Positions 19,149-30,234 of a stretch of DNA of 32,823 bases are shown piece by piece (position 1 is the first letter of the stretch; each line of letters starts with the position of its first letter). Source of the stretch: Endomicrobiia bacterium (GTDB lineage Bacteria > Elusimicrobiota > Endomicrobiia > DTEH01). The position numbers and the translations under genes are program-made. The DNA lies in the NCBI GenBank assembly GCA_039630545.1, contig JBCNUU010000012.1:1-32823 (forward strand), in the 5' to 3' direction. Below the pieces are notes generated by a model. The model was not told where the DNA came from. It was given only the letters and a program-made list of their open reading frames with translations, and ran no database searches.

Positions 19149-20765
19149 ATGGCTAAACAAATTTTATATTCCGAAGATACAAGAAAAGCCATCAAAAATG
19201 GTGTAGATAAGCTTGTCAATGCAGTTAAAACTACATTAGGTCCAAGAGGACGTTATGTTCTTTTAGAAAAGAAATTTGGATCTCCGACAATTACTAACGA
19301 CGGAGTGACTATAGCAAAAGAAATAGAATTGGAAGATCCAAATGAAAATGTTGGCGCTCAACTTGTAAGAGAAGTTTCTTCAAAGACAAACGATGTAGCA
19401 GGGGATGGCACAACTACAGCTTGTGTATTAGCGCAGGCTATAATTAATGAAGGCCTAAAAAATATTGCTGCTGGTGCTAACCCTATGCATATTAAAAGAG
19501 GTATAGACAAAGCAGTAAATGCTATTGTTAACGAAATTAAAGCTATGGCTAAGCAAGTCAAAACTAAAGAAGAAATAGAGCAGATAGCAACTATTTCTGC
19601 CAATGATAAAGAAATTGGTAAGCTTATAGCAGAAGCGATGGAAAAAGTTGGGAAAGATGGTGTAATTACTGTTGAAGAAGGAAAATCAGCAGAAACTACT
19701 CTGGAAGTTGTGGAAGGTATGCAGTTTGATAGAGGTTATATTTCACCATACTTCGTGACAGATGCAGAAAGAATGGAAGCTGTGTTGGAAGATCCTTACA
19801 TAATTATAACAGATAAAAAAGTATCTGCCATGAATGATCTTCTTCCTTTGCTTGAACAGATTGCTCAATCTGGAAGATCATTTTTGCTTATTGCAGAAGA
19901 TGTAGAAGGAGAAGCATTGGCAACATTAGTGGTAAATAAACTTCGTGGAACACTAAGATGTTGTGCAGTAAAAGCTCCAGGTTTTGGTGATAGAAGAAAA
20001 GAAATGCTTCAGGATATAGCAATTCTAACTGGAGGAGAAGTAATTTCTGAAGAAAAAGGAGAAAAGTTAGAAAAAGCCACACTAGATAGATTAGGGACAG
20101 CTAAAAGAGTAGTTGTTGATAAAGAAAACACCACCATAGTAAGTGGTGGAGGCAGTAAAGAAGAAATTAAAAAAAGGATAAATCAAATAAAAAAGCAAAT
20201 AGAAGAAACAAAATCTGACTATGATAGAGAAAAATTACAAGAACGTTTAGCTAAACTTGCTGGCGGAGTTGCAGTTATAAATGTTGGAGCTCCTACAGAA
20301 GCTGCAATGAAAGCTAAAAAGTTTAAAGTAGAAGATGCTATGCATGCAACAAGAGCAGGAGTGGAAGAAGGTATAGTGCCTGGTGGAGGAGTTGCTTTAT
20401 TGAGAGCAAGAGAAGCTGCTAAAAATAAAATAAAAGCTGAAGATCCTGATGAACAGACTGGGATAAATATTGTATTCAGAGCAATTGAGGAACCAATTAG
20501 AATGATAGCTGAAAACGCTGGTTTTGAAGGTTCAATAATAGTCGAGAAAGTATTAGCGGAGAAAAATGTTAATTATGGTTTTGATGCTGAAAAAGGTGAA
20601 TTCGTAGATATGATGAAAGCAGGTATAGTTGATCCTGCAAAAGTTGTAAGAAGTGCTTTAGAAAATGCCGCAAGTGTTGCAGGTTATCTTTTAACATCTG
20701 AGGTGATAGTTACTGAAATTCCTGAAAAGAAAGAAAAAACCCCACCTATGCCACCTGAGTATTAA
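19149..20765 (+). CDS. groEL: Chaperonin GroEL
   Basis: [60 protein letters not shown]. Start ATG 19149. Confidence 0.98.
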   Translation: MAKQILYSEDTRKAIKNGVDKLVNAVKTTLGPRGRYVLLEKKFGSPTITNDGVTIAKEIELEDPNENVGAQLVREVSSKTNDVAGDGTTTACVLAQAIINEGLKNIAAGANPMHIKRGIDKAVNAIVNEIKAMAKQVKTKEEIEQIATISANDKEIGKLIAEAMEKVGKDGVITVEEGKSAETTLEVVEGMQFDRGYISPYFVTDAERMEAVLEDPYIIITDKKVSAMNDLLPLLEQIAQSGRSFLLIAEDVEGEALATLVVNKLRGTLRCCAVKAPGFGDRRKEMLQDIAILTGGEVISEEKGEKLEKATLDRLGTAKRVVVDKENTTIVSGGGSKEEIKKRINQIKKQIEETKSDYDREKLQERLAKLAGGVAVINVGAPTEAAMKAKKFKVEDAMHATRAGVEEGIVPGGGVALLRAREAAKNKIKAEDPDEQTGINIVFRAIEEPIRMIAENAGFEGSIIVEKVLAEKNVNYGFDAEKGEFVDMMKAGIVDPAKVVRSALENAASVAGYLLTSEVIVTEIPEKKEKTPPMPPEY

Positions 20766-20795
20766 AAAATTGTGGTATTATCTCATATAAAGTTT

Positions 20796-20842
20796 AAGGG
20801 TAGAGGGAGAGGTGAGGTTCACTTCTTCCTCTACCTTTTTTT
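20796..20842 (+). terminator. Intrinsic terminator after groEL
   Basis: AAGGGTAGAGGGAGAGGTGA-ggt-TCACTTCTTCCTCTACCTTT 20-bp stem (with G-U pairs) running into a T tract. Confidence 0.9.
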
Positions 20843-20886
20843 ATTTACTATTGTATTTGATTTTTTAAAAAATATATTCAAAACAG

Positions 20887-21906
20887 ATGAGTTATGAAAT
20901 TGTATTTTTTATATCTTTCCTTACTTCTTTAGGTTTGACTCCATTTTTTAGAGCTATTGCTTTGAAACTATCAATTTTAGATCATCCTATTTCCGATATA
21001 AAAACTCATACACAACCCACTCCATATTTAGGGGGTCTGTCTATTGTTTTTAGTTTTTTTATAACTTTGATTATAGTCAGGTTATTTACAAATTTTCCTA
21101 CAGGTACATTAAGGTCTTTAAGAGGTATTTTTTTAGGTGGCATAATAATTATTATTTTGGGTCTAATAGATGATATAAAATACAAAGGCATACATTTTAC
21201 TACTAAATTTATTGGTGAATTTATTGCTGCTTATTTACTTTTATGGTATAATATAAAGATAAATTTTATTTCACCTTCCTGGTTTTCTGATTTGGTTACT
21301 ATTGTGTGGGTTGTTGGTATTACAAATGCGGTTAATCTTATAGATGTGATGGATGGACTTTCTAGTGGAGTAGTAGTTATTGCTTCTTTAGGTTTTTTTC
21401 TTTTATCTAATTTTATTGAAGGAGAACCATATATAGCATATGCCTGTGTAAGTATTACAGGAGCATGTTTAGGTTTTTTACCATATAATTTATCTGCTAA
21501 ATATAAAATTTTCATGGGAGATACTGGTTCTTTATTTTTAGGTTTTGTATTGTCAGCAATTGCCTTAGGGAGTAAATACTCTCATTATAATTCCTTAGGT
21601 GTTTTAGCACCTTTAGTCATTTTGCTTATCCCAGTATATGAAACATTTTTTATAAGTTTCATGAGGTTAAAAAAAGGTCTATCTCCTTTTTTAGGGTCTA
21701 AAGATCACTATTCTTTAAGATTAATTTCGTTTGGTATAAAGAAATACAAAATATTAGTTTTTTCCTACCTTACAGGAGCAGTTTTGGCAGTTTTAGGAGT
21801 GTTAATAGTGATTTCTAAAAATATTTATTTACCATTAGGAATTATTGGTATTTTAATAATTTTTATTATAATGATAAGCAGGTTTTTAGCGAAAATTCAA
21901 ATATAA
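20887..21906 (+). CDS. WecA/TagO-like polyprenyl-phosphate GlcNAc-1-phosphate transferase (MraY family)
   Basis: D.P....H..PTPYLGG, GLIDD, NAVNLIDVMDGL, IFMGDTGS, DH; many TM helices. Confidence 0.9.
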   Translation: MSYEIVFFISFLTSLGLTPFFRAIALKLSILDHPISDIKTHTQPTPYLGGLSIVFSFFITLIIVRLFTNFPTGTLRSLRGIFLGGIIIIILGLIDDIKYKGIHFTTKFIGEFIAAYLLLWYNIKINFISPSWFSDLVTIVWVVGITNAVNLIDVMDGLSSGVVVIASLGFFLLSNFIEGEPYIAYACVSITGACLGFLPYNLSAKYKIFMGDTGSLFLGFVLSAIALGSKYSHYNSLGVLAPLVILLIPVYETFFISFMRLKKGLSPFLGSKDHYSLRLISFGIKKYKILVFSYLTGAVLAVLGVLIVISKNIYLPLGIIGILIIFIIMISRFLAKIQI

Positions 21907-21907
21907 T

Positions 21908-23236
21908 ATGGAAAAGATAATAATCCTAGGTGCGGGTTTGACAGGTTTAACAACTGGATATGAGCTTGAAAGAAAAAAAGTAAATTATTTGATTTTAGAA
22001 AAAGAACCCAAAGTAGGAGGATTGTGTAAATCTATAAACATTAATAATTTTATTTTTGATTATACAGGTCATTTTTTGCATTTTTCTGATAAGAAAACAG
22101 AAAATTTTGTTAAAAGAATTTTAAAAGGAAATATAATAAAAATAAAAAGAGATGCAAGAATATTAACTAAATATGCTTTTAAAAAAAATTTTTTAATTCC
22201 TTATCCTTTACAGGCAAATATAAAGTTTTTAAGATCTGATATAAAACTTAAAAGTGTTAAAAATTTGTTATTTAGTTATTTGAATAAAACCTCTAACTCT
22301 ATAAGTAATTTTTATGATTGGCTCATATACAATTTTGGCAAAACACTAACAGATATATTTTTTTGCCCTTATAATGAAAAATTATGGAAAACACCGCTTA
22401 AAAAAATATCTATCTCATGGGTTAGGCAGTTTGTCCCTTTACCTGAAATAGATTATATTATTTTGAGTTGCATTACCGGTATATCTAAAGAATATGGCTA
22501 CAACACATTTTTTTATTATCCTAAATACAACGGTATTCAGAGCTTAATTGATGCCATATATTCCTTGGTAGATAAAAATAAGGTAATTACCTCTGTTGAT
22601 TTAATAAAAGTAGATTATAGAAAAAAAGAAGTTAATTTTATAAAAGAAGGCAAGTTACATAAAACTAAATATGATTATTTAATTTCTACAATTCCTTTAA
22701 CAGAGCTAATTAAGTTATCTAATTTTCCTCAAAATATAAAAAATTTATCTTCGGGTTTAAAATATTCTGGAGTTATTTGTTATAATATAGCTTTAAGTTC
22801 TTTAGATATAAAAAAAGTCCATTGGATTTACTTTCCTGATGAAGAAATAGTTTTCTACAGAGTAGGATTTTACAATAATATAAACAAAAATCTAATACCA
22901 AACAGTAGATATGCCTCTATGTATGTTGAAATTTCAGTAAGAGACACTAAAGATTTTGATGAATTCTCTATATATGAAAGAGTAATAAATAACTTGATCA
23001 AAACAGGAATTTTAAATTCATCTAAACAGATAATGTTTTACAACTTGTTAAAAATACCTGTTGGATATGTAATATACGATCACTATAGGGAAAAAAATTT
23101 ACCCTTTATTCATAAGTTTCTAAATAATAACAAAATTTATTCTATTGGAAGATATGGAGGCTGGAAGTACTCATATATGAGTGAAAATATTGCAGAAGCG
23201 ATAAATACAGTTAAGTCTATTCTTTATGAAAAATAA
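21908..23236 (+). CDS. FAD-dependent oxidoreductase, UDP-galactopyranose-mutase/HemY-like
   Basis: ILGAGLTGL, E....GGLC.S, FDYTGHFLH, PYNEKLW, FYYP, FYRV, GRYGGWKY. Confidence 0.7.
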   Translation: MEKIIILGAGLTGLTTGYELERKKVNYLILEKEPKVGGLCKSININNFIFDYTGHFLHFSDKKTENFVKRILKGNIIKIKRDARILTKYAFKKNFLIPYPLQANIKFLRSDIKLKSVKNLLFSYLNKTSNSISNFYDWLIYNFGKTLTDIFFCPYNEKLWKTPLKKISISWVRQFVPLPEIDYIILSCITGISKEYGYNTFFYYPKYNGIQSLIDAIYSLVDKNKVITSVDLIKVDYRKKEVNFIKEGKLHKTKYDYLISTIPLTELIKLSNFPQNIKNLSSGLKYSGVICYNIALSSLDIKKVHWIYFPDEEIVFYRVGFYNNINKNLIPNSRYASMYVEISVRDTKDFDEFSIYERVINNLIKTGILNSSKQIMFYNLLKIPVGYVIYDHYREKNLPFIHKFLNNNKIYSIGRYGGWKYSYMSENIAEAINTVKSILYEK

Positions 23237-24416
23237 AATAAAAGTTATACATTTAATTACGAAACTTGAATTAGGTGGTGCACAAAGAAATACTCTTTAT
23301 ACTGTTAAAAATTTGGATAAAAGTAAATTTGATGTTTATCTGATAAGCGGAGTTGGAGGAATTCTAGATGTTGAAACTAAAGAATTAAAACAATATGGTG
23401 TTAAGGTACTGTTTATTAAAAATTTGATTAGAGAGATAAATCCTTTGAGAGATTTTTTGGCATTTTTATCTATATATAATTATCTTATAAATTTAAAACC
23501 CCACATAATTCATACTCACTCCTCTAAAGCAGGTATCTTAGGAAGATGGGCTGCATTTTTCGCAAATATTTTTATAAAAAATAGAATAAAAATTATACAT
23601 ACATTTCATGGTTTTGGATTCAGTAGGTTTCACAATTTTTTTGTTAGGCACTTTTATATTTTTTTAGAATATATCACAGGTAAAATCTCAGATATTTTGA
23701 TTTTTGTGTCAAAAGATAATATTGAAACAGCAAAAAAATTAAAAATAGGAAATTTTAAAAAATATATTCTTATTAGAAGTGGGATAAAAATAAAAGAATT
23801 TTACAATATTTCTGAAAATGAAGAATTAAAAATTTCAAAAAGAAAAGAACTAAACATAACAGATGAAAGAATAATTACTACAATTGGGCCATTTAAACCA
23901 CAGAAAAATTTAAAAGATTTTATTAAGATGGCAAAAATAGTAACCTATAATTTACCTCATCATAAATTAAAGTTTTTAATAGTAGGCGATGGAGCTCAAA
24001 GAGAATTACTCGTCTTCCTTGCTAAAGCTTTAAGAGTTTATGACAAGATACTTTTTCTTTCCTGGCAGAAAGATATAAGAGGTATACTTTCTATAACTGA
24101 TATATTCGTATTAACTTCTTTATGGGAAGGTCTTCCAAGATCAGCTGTGGAAGCTTTGGTAAGTGGTGTGCCTGTAGTAGCTTATGCTGTGGATGGTTTA
24201 AATGATATAATAAAATCTGAAGTAAATGGATTTTTAGTAAAACCAAAAGATGTGAAAGAACTTTCTGAAAAAATTATTCTACTATTGACAGATAATAAAA
24301 TTTTTTCTAAAATTAAAAAATTTACCTGTGATAGTATAGATGAAACTTTTGATATAGATTATATGATGAAACAACAGGAAAAACTTTATATAAATTTATT
24401 AAAATTGGATAATTAA
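23226..24416 (+). CDS. Glycosyltransferase family 4
   Basis: [45 protein letters not shown] (Ex7E). Confidence 0.92.
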   Translation: MKNKIKVIHLITKLELGGAQRNTLYTVKNLDKSKFDVYLISGVGGILDVETKELKQYGVKVLFIKNLIREINPLRDFLAFLSIYNYLINLKPHIIHTHSSKAGILGRWAAFFANIFIKNRIKIIHTFHGFGFSRFHNFFVRHFYIFLEYITGKISDILIFVSKDNIETAKKLKIGNFKKYILIRSGIKIKEFYNISENEELKISKRKELNITDERIITTIGPFKPQKNLKDFIKMAKIVTYNLPHHKLKFLIVGDGAQRELLVFLAKALRVYDKILFLSWQKDIRGILSITDIFVLTSLWEGLPRSAVEALVSGVPVVAYAVDGLNDIIKSEVNGFLVKPKDVKELSEKIILLLTDNKIFSKIKKFTCDSIDETFDIDYMMKQQEKLYINLLKLDN

Positions 24417-24418
24417 TT

Positions 24419-25465
24419 ATGAAACACAAAATTACTCTTATACCCGGAGATGGTGTAGGACCGGAACTTACAGATATAGTAAAAAAAGTTCTTTCTCATA
24501 TTGTAGAAATAGAATGGGAAGAAGTTGAAGTAGGAGAAGAAGCAATAAAAAAATATGGTGATGTTTTACCAGAATTTGTGTTAGAATCTATAAGGAGGAA
24601 CAAGGTAGCACTTAAAGGACCTGTTACTACACCAATAGGAAGTGGTTTTAGATCAGTAAATGTAGGATTAAGACAACTACTTGATTTATATGCTTGTGTT
24701 AGACCATGTAAAACTTATCCTGGAGTAAATACTAAATATGAAAAAGTAGACTTAGTAATTATAAGAGAAAATACTGAAGACTTATATGCTGGAGTAGAAT
24801 TTTTACCTGGAAGTGAAGAAGCTAATTATATTATTCAAAGAAGTAATGGTAAAATTTTAAAAGATGCCGCGATTTCAATAAAAGCAATTTCTCCATCTGC
24901 GACAAAAAGGATAGCTAAATTTGCTTTTGAATACGCAAAAAATAATAACAGAAAAAAAGTTACAGCGATAACTAAAGCCAACATATTAAAATATACAGAT
25001 GGTTTATTCTTTGAAATATGCAGAGAAGTAGCTAAAGAATATCCAGAAATAGAGTATGAAGAAAAACTAATAGATAACATGTGCATGCAGCTTGTGCAAA
25101 AACCTCAGCTTTATGATGTGCTTTTGCTTCCAAATTTATATGGTGATATAGTTTCAGATCTTTGTGCTGGTTTAATAGGTGGATTAGGAGTTGCGCCTGG
25201 TGCTAATTTTGGAGATAAATATGCATTATTTGAAGCAGTCCATGGTTCTGCTCCTAAATATAAAGGACTAAATAAGGTAAATCCTACCGCTATATTGCTT
25301 TCTGCCAAGATGATGTTAGAACATCTGGGAGAAATAGAAGCAGCTAACAAATTAGAAAACGCTATAATCGAAGTTTTAAAAGAAGCAAAAGCTATTACTT
25401 ATGATTTAGGTGGAACTGCCAAAAATATAGAAATGGCAGAAGAAATAATTAAAAAATTATATTAG
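24419..25465 (+). CDS. icd: Isocitrate dehydrogenase (isocitrate/isopropylmalate DH family), probably NADP-dependent
   Basis: [55 protein letters not shown]. Confidence 0.8.
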   Translation: MKHKITLIPGDGVGPELTDIVKKVLSHIVEIEWEEVEVGEEAIKKYGDVLPEFVLESIRRNKVALKGPVTTPIGSGFRSVNVGLRQLLDLYACVRPCKTYPGVNTKYEKVDLVIIRENTEDLYAGVEFLPGSEEANYIIQRSNGKILKDAAISIKAISPSATKRIAKFAFEYAKNNNRKKVTAITKANILKYTDGLFFEICREVAKEYPEIEYEEKLIDNMCMQLVQKPQLYDVLLLPNLYGDIVSDLCAGLIGGLGVAPGANFGDKYALFEAVHGSAPKYKGLNKVNPTAILLSAKMMLEHLGEIEAANKLENAIIEVLKEAKAITYDLGGTAKNIEMAEEIIKKLY

Positions 25466-25482
25466 TAAGAGATTTATAATTG

Positions 25483-25899
25483 GTGAAAATTTCTATAGAT
25501 AGATTAAAAACAGAAAGAAAAATAACCCTAGAATATAAAGATTTTCAATTTCAAAATAAAGATTTAAGAGAACATACTATAGATCCTCTTATTGTGAAAT
25601 TAAATATAAGTTTAATTGGTAATGAAAATGTGAAATTAGAAGGAGAATTAGAAGGGAATTTTGAATTAGTATGTGACAGATGTTGTGAAAAATTTCTTCA
25701 ATATAAGAAAACAAAAATAAATATTATATGTGAAATAGAAAAAGACGAGATAGCAGACAAAGTTATACATATTGATACTAAAATAAAAGATATAGTTCTG
25801 TCAAATTTTCCTATGAAAATACTTTGTAATGAAAATTGCAAAGGTATATGTTATGTATGTGGTGTAAATTTAAATAAAGAAAAGTGTAAATGCAAGTAA
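25483..25899 (+). CDS. yceD: YceD/DUF177 family protein
   Basis: L.CDRC and PMKILCNENCKGIC..CG.NLN...C.C; conserved position before rpmF. Start GTG 25483 (or TTG 25480). Confidence 0.88.
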   Translation: MKISIDRLKTERKITLEYKDFQFQNKDLREHTIDPLIVKLNISLIGNENVKLEGELEGNFELVCDRCCEKFLQYKKTKINIICEIEKDEIADKVIHIDTKIKDIVLSNFPMKILCNENCKGICYVCGVNLNKEKCKCK

Positions 25900-25932
25900 A
25901 AACTATCCTAAGTTAAAGGGAGGTTTGCCTTT

Positions 25933-26139
25933 ATGCCAAATCCTAAAAAACATCATACTCATTCGAGAACACGAATGAGACGAGGTCAGTGGATAATATC
26001 AGAGCCTAATCTGTCAAGGTGTCCTCAGTGTGGAGAGTATAAATTACCGCATAGAATATGTCCTAATTGTGGATATTACAAAGGAGAAATATGGATAAGA
26101 AAAAAAGAAAAAACTGCTAAGGCAGAAACTGTTAAATAG
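25933..26139 (+). CDS. rpmF: 50S ribosomal protein L32 (Zn-ribbon form)
   Basis: MPNPKK...SRT.MRR, CPQCGE.KLPHRICPNCGYYKG. Confidence 0.95.
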   Translation: MPNPKKHHTHSRTRMRRGQWIISEPNLSRCPQCGEYKLPHRICPNCGYYKGEIWIRKKEKTAKAETVK

Positions 26140-26147
26140 GGTAATCT

Positions 26148-27170
26148 ATGAAGATAGTAGTAGATGCTTTAGGAGGAGATAGTAATTGTCCTGAAGTAAA
26201 TGTAGAAGGTGCTTTGTTAGCTTTAAATGATTTTTCTGATATAGAAATTGTTTTGATTGGACCTGAGGAAGAAATAAAAAATGAAATTTCCAAAAATAAA
26301 AAAATTTTGCATGATAATGCTTTCTTAAAAAAAATATCTATTGTGAACACTAATGAATATATTAGAATGGATGAACAACCTTCAAAAATCCTAAGGACAA
26401 AAGAGAATTCTTCTATTGCTTTAGGAATAAAATTTTTAAAAGATAACTTAGCAGATGCTTTTGTTTCATCTGGTAATTCTGGTGCTATTTTAGCATTTGC
26501 TGTTACTCAAATAAAAAAATATGCTGATAGACCAGCTATTGCTACGGTATTACCTACTATAAAAAATCCCTGTGTGTTAATTGATGTAGGAGCAAATGTT
26601 GATTGTAAACCAAGACATCTGGTAGAGTTTGCATATATGGGATATGTTTATTGTAAAAATATTTTGAAAATAGAAAATCCAAAAGTAGGAATTTTGTCTA
26701 TAGGAACAGAAGAAACAAAAGGTAATAACCAGACATTGGAAGCATATCAACTTCTAAAAAATACAAGCCTAAATTTTATAGGTAATATAGAAGGAAGAGA
26801 TATTCCATTTGGAGTAGCTGATGTGGTAGTTACTGATGGATTTGTTGGAAATGTGGTTTTGAAATTAGGAGAGGGTATTGCAGAGGTTTTATTAGAACTT
26901 ATAAGAGATTCTTTAAAAAAACATCCTTTAGCATGGTTTTCTTTGCCATTTGTATGGAACGCTATTAAGGATTTAAGAAAAAAAGTTGATTTTTCGGAGT
27001 ATGGAGGAGCTCCTCTATTGGGTTTAGAAAAAGTTTGTATAATTTGTCATGGGCGGTCTAATGCAAAAGCAATTAAAAATGCGATAAAAGTAGCAAAACA
27101 AATGATAGAAAAAGATATTAATTTTATTATTTCTCAACAGATAAATAAAGGAACAAATGAAAAAAATTAA
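26148..27170 (+). CDS. plsX: Phosphate acyltransferase PlsX
   Basis: VDALGGD, SSGNSGA, RPAI, DVGANVD, IGTEETKGN, DGFVGNVVLK, YGGAPLLG, HGRS. Confidence 0.96.
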   Translation: MKIVVDALGGDSNCPEVNVEGALLALNDFSDIEIVLIGPEEEIKNEISKNKKILHDNAFLKKISIVNTNEYIRMDEQPSKILRTKENSSIALGIKFLKDNLADAFVSSGNSGAILAFAVTQIKKYADRPAIATVLPTIKNPCVLIDVGANVDCKPRHLVEFAYMGYVYCKNILKIENPKVGILSIGTEETKGNNQTLEAYQLLKNTSLNFIGNIEGRDIPFGVADVVVTDGFVGNVVLKLGEGIAEVLLELIRDSLKKHPLAWFSLPFVWNAIKDLRKKVDFSEYGGAPLLGLEKVCIICHGRSNAKAIKNAIKVAKQMIEKDINFIISQQINKGTNEKN

Positions 27171-28149
27171 AATTTTATCAACAGGTTCTTATTTGCCTGA
27201 AAATATATTAACAAATTTTGATTTAGAAAAAATGGTAGACACATCTAATGAATGGATTATTACCAGAACAGGTATAAGAGAAAGAAGAATAGCAGACAAA
27301 AATCAGTCTAGTAGTGATCTAGCGTTAGAAGCAGCAAAAAATTGTATAAATAAAATTGGTTTTCATGCAGAAGAAATAGATACAATAATAGTTGCTACAA
27401 TTACACCCGATATGTTTTTTCCGTCGACTGCTTGTGTAGTTCATAAAAAATTGGGAATAAAAAAAGAAGTTTTTGCTTTTGATATTTCAGCGGCTTGTAG
27501 TGGTTTTGTATATGGATTAGTTTTATCAGAAAGTTTGTTAAGAACAGGGAAAAGTAAAAATGTATTGTTAATTGCTTCTGATGTGTTATCTAAATTTGTT
27601 AACTGGAAAGATAGAAACACTTGTGTATTGTTTGGAGATGGAGCGGGAGCAATGTTGCTTTCTTCTGTGGATGAGGATTCAGTGGAGGATGCTATATTAG
27701 CTACTTATTTTGGTGCCGATGGTAATTATGAAGAATTATTATATATTCCAGCAGGTGGTTCAAAATTACCTGCAAGTTATGAGACTGTTGAGAGAAATCT
27801 CCATACTATAGTAATGAGTGGAAAAGAAGTTTTTAAAGTTGCGGTTACAAAGATGGTTGATTCTATAATTAAAGCATGCGAAATTTGTGGTATCTTGCCT
27901 AATCAGCTTGATTTATTAATTCCTCATCAAGCAAATTTGAGAATTATAAATGCTGTAGCAGAAAGATTAAGTATAGATTCTTCTAAAATTTTTATAAATG
28001 TTGATAAATATGGTAACATGTCTGCTTCAACAGTTATAGTTGGTTTAGATGAAGCACTAAATAATAAAAAAATTTCAAAAGGTTCTTTAGTTGGTCTTGT
28101 TACATTTGGAGGAGGTTTTACATGGGGAGCAGCAGTGTTAAGGATATGA
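27157..28149 (+). CDS. fabH: 3-oxoacyl-ACP synthase III
   Basis: WI..RTGIRERR, AACSG (Cys), LFGDGAGA, PHQAN (His), YGNMS (Asn), FGGGFTWG. Confidence 0.96.
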   Translation: MKKIKILSTGSYLPENILTNFDLEKMVDTSNEWIITRTGIRERRIADKNQSSSDLALEAAKNCINKIGFHAEEIDTIIVATITPDMFFPSTACVVHKKLGIKKEVFAFDISAACSGFVYGLVLSESLLRTGKSKNVLLIASDVLSKFVNWKDRNTCVLFGDGAGAMLLSSVDEDSVEDAILATYFGADGNYEELLYIPAGGSKLPASYETVERNLHTIVMSGKEVFKVAVTKMVDSIIKACEICGILPNQLDLLIPHQANLRIINAVAERLSIDSSKIFINVDKYGNMSASTVIVGLDEALNNKKISKGSLVGLVTFGGGFTWGAAVLRI

Positions 28150-29105
28150 AAAAATTAGCATTTTTGTTTCCTGGTCAAGGTAGCCAGACAGTTGGTATGG
28201 GGAAGGATATTTTTGAAGCTTATGAGGATATTAGGAAATATTATAATATGGCTTCCGAGATATTAGGATATGACATAAAAAAATTGATATTTGAAGGACC
28301 ATCTGACACTCTTTCTCAAACAGAATATACCCAGCCAGCTGTTTTTTTAACATCTTATGTAATCTTTAAGTGTTTTTCTGAAAAATATCCAGAAGTATTA
28401 AACTATGTAAAATTTGTAGCAGGACATAGTTTAGGGGAATATACTGCTTTATGTATAAGTGGTGCTTTAAGTTTTGAAGAAACATTAAAGTTAGTGGCTA
28501 CGAGAGGAAAAATTATGTCAGAAGTTTCTAAACAAAAACCTGGTGGCATGGTTGCTGTATTAGGAATGGAAAAGGATACTCTAATAAAAATTTGTGAAGA
28601 TATAAGAGCTGAAGGTATAATAGTTGAACCTGTAAATTTTAATACTTCTCAACAGATAGTAGTGGCTGGTGAAATTGAAGGTATATATAAATTACAAAAA
28701 ATTTTAGAAGAGAAAAAAATAAAAAATATACGACTTAAAGTATCTGGTGCTTTTCATTCTTCACTAATGGATACTGCTCAAAAAAATTTTTCAAAAACTC
28801 TTGACAATGTAATCATAAATAATGCATTTATACCAGTAATTATGAATTACACTGCTAAACCTCATATACTCAAACAGGAGATACTTGAGAATTTAAAACA
28901 ACAAATTAATCATCCAGTACTTTGGGAGGATTCTATAAAATATATGGGAGAAAATGGTGTAGAAATTTTTATTGAATTTGGGCCAGGAAAAGTTCTTTGT
29001 GGTATGCTGAAAAGTATTTTACCACAAAAGATAATTTTAAATATAGAAAAACTAGATTCTTTTGAGTTATCTTATAATATTATAAAAGAAAAAATAAATA
29101 CTTAA
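28146..29105 (+). CDS. fabD: Malonyl-CoA:ACP transacylase
   Basis: FPGQGSQ, TQPA, GHSLGEY, VSGAFHS, EFGPGKVL. Start ATG 28146 (ATGA overlap with fabH). Confidence 0.96.
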   Translation: MKKLAFLFPGQGSQTVGMGKDIFEAYEDIRKYYNMASEILGYDIKKLIFEGPSDTLSQTEYTQPAVFLTSYVIFKCFSEKYPEVLNYVKFVAGHSLGEYTALCISGALSFEETLKLVATRGKIMSEVSKQKPGGMVAVLGMEKDTLIKICEDIRAEGIIVEPVNFNTSQQIVVAGEIEGIYKLQKILEEKKIKNIRLKVSGAFHSSLMDTAQKNFSKTLDNVIINNAFIPVIMNYTAKPHILKQEILENLKQQINHPVLWEDSIKYMGENGVEIFIEFGPGKVLCGMLKSILPQKIILNIEKLDSFELSYNIIKEKINT

Positions 29106-29122
29106 AGAAGGTGTTTATAAAA

Positions 29123-29875
29123 ATGTGTGAAAAAAAACTTTTAGAAAAAGTAGCTATAGTTACTGGTGGTGCTCAGGGGATAGGAAAAGAGATAGTTCTT
29201 AAACTTGCTTCTGAAGGTGCTTGTTGTGTGGTAGTAGATATAGACTTACAAAAAGCACAACAAACAGCACAAGAAGTAAATTCTTTGTATTCTGTTGAAA
29301 CATTAGCATTTCAGGTTGATGTAAGCATTTATAAAGAAGTTCAAGATTGTGTAGATAAGGTATATGAAAAATTCAACAGAATAGACATTCTTGTAAACAA
29401 TGCAGGGATTACAAAAGATAATCTTATTTTGAGAATGACAGAAGAAGATTGGGATAGAGTTTTAGATATTAATTTAAAAGGTGCGTTTAACTTCATTAAA
29501 GCTACAAGTAAGTATATGCTTAAACAAAAAAGTGGAAGAATTGTAAATATAGCCTCTGTAGTAGGTTTAATGGGGAATCCAGGACAGGCGAATTATTCCG
29601 CATCTAAAGGTGGACTGATAGCACTGACTAAAACAATTGCTAAAGAATTTGCTTCAAGAAATATTTTAGTAAATGCTGTTGCTCCTGGATATATTAAGAC
29701 TCGGATGACTGAGGTACTTTCTGAGGAACAAAAAAAGAAGCTTCAGGAGTATATACCTCTTAATCGCTTAGGCGAACCTAAAGATGTAGCAAATGCTGTC
29801 TGGTTTTTATGTATAGAAGAATCCAGTTATATCACTGGACAGGTTATTTCTGTTAACGGTGGTATGTATATGTAA
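29123..29875 (+). CDS. fabG: 3-oxoacyl-ACP reductase
   Basis: TGGAQGIG, NNAGITKD, GNPGQANYSASK (YxxxK), VAPGYI. Start ATG 29123 (GTG 29111 possible). Confidence 0.95.
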   Translation: MCEKKLLEKVAIVTGGAQGIGKEIVLKLASEGACCVVVDIDLQKAQQTAQEVNSLYSVETLAFQVDVSIYKEVQDCVDKVYEKFNRIDILVNNAGITKDNLILRMTEEDWDRVLDINLKGAFNFIKATSKYMLKQKSGRIVNIASVVGLMGNPGQANYSASKGGLIALTKTIAKEFASRNILVNAVAPGYIKTRMTEVLSEEQKKKLQEYIPLNRLGEPKDVANAVWFLCIEESSYITGQVISVNGGMYM

Positions 29876-29924
29876 CGACAACCGAAATTTTAAATTTTAA
29901 AAGTGATAAGGAGGGTTGAGGTAT

Positions 29925-30176
29925 ATGTCAGAAGATATAGCAACAAAAGTGAAAAATATTATAGCAGAGTCATTGGGTGTGGATATAAACGAAGTGACAG
30001 AAAATGCATCTTTTGTGAATGATTTAGGTGCTGACTCTTTAGATAATGTAGAACTTGTTATGACATTAGAGGAACAATTTGGGATCGAGATACCTGATGA
30101 GGATGCTGAAAAAATTCAAACCGTAGGTCAAGCAATTGAGTATATAAAAAACAAATTAGAACAAAAAAATCAGTAG
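29925..30176 (+). CDS. acpP: Acyl carrier protein
   Basis: [29 protein letters not shown] with phosphopantetheine Ser. Start ATG 29925. Confidence 0.96.
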   Translation: MSEDIATKVKNIIAESLGVDINEVTENASFVNDLGADSLDNVELVMTLEEQFGIEIPDEDAEKIQTVGQAIEYIKNKLEQKNQ

Positions 30177-30234
30177 AGAATTCAATTAATTTGTTTATCT
30201 ATAAATAACAGATTTACAATATAGATAGATTATT

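Noticed and set aside
25914..25933. Hairpin TAAAGG/CCTTTA around the rpmF RBS
   Set aside because: Only 6 bp, with most of the SD in the loop; too weak to call regulatory.
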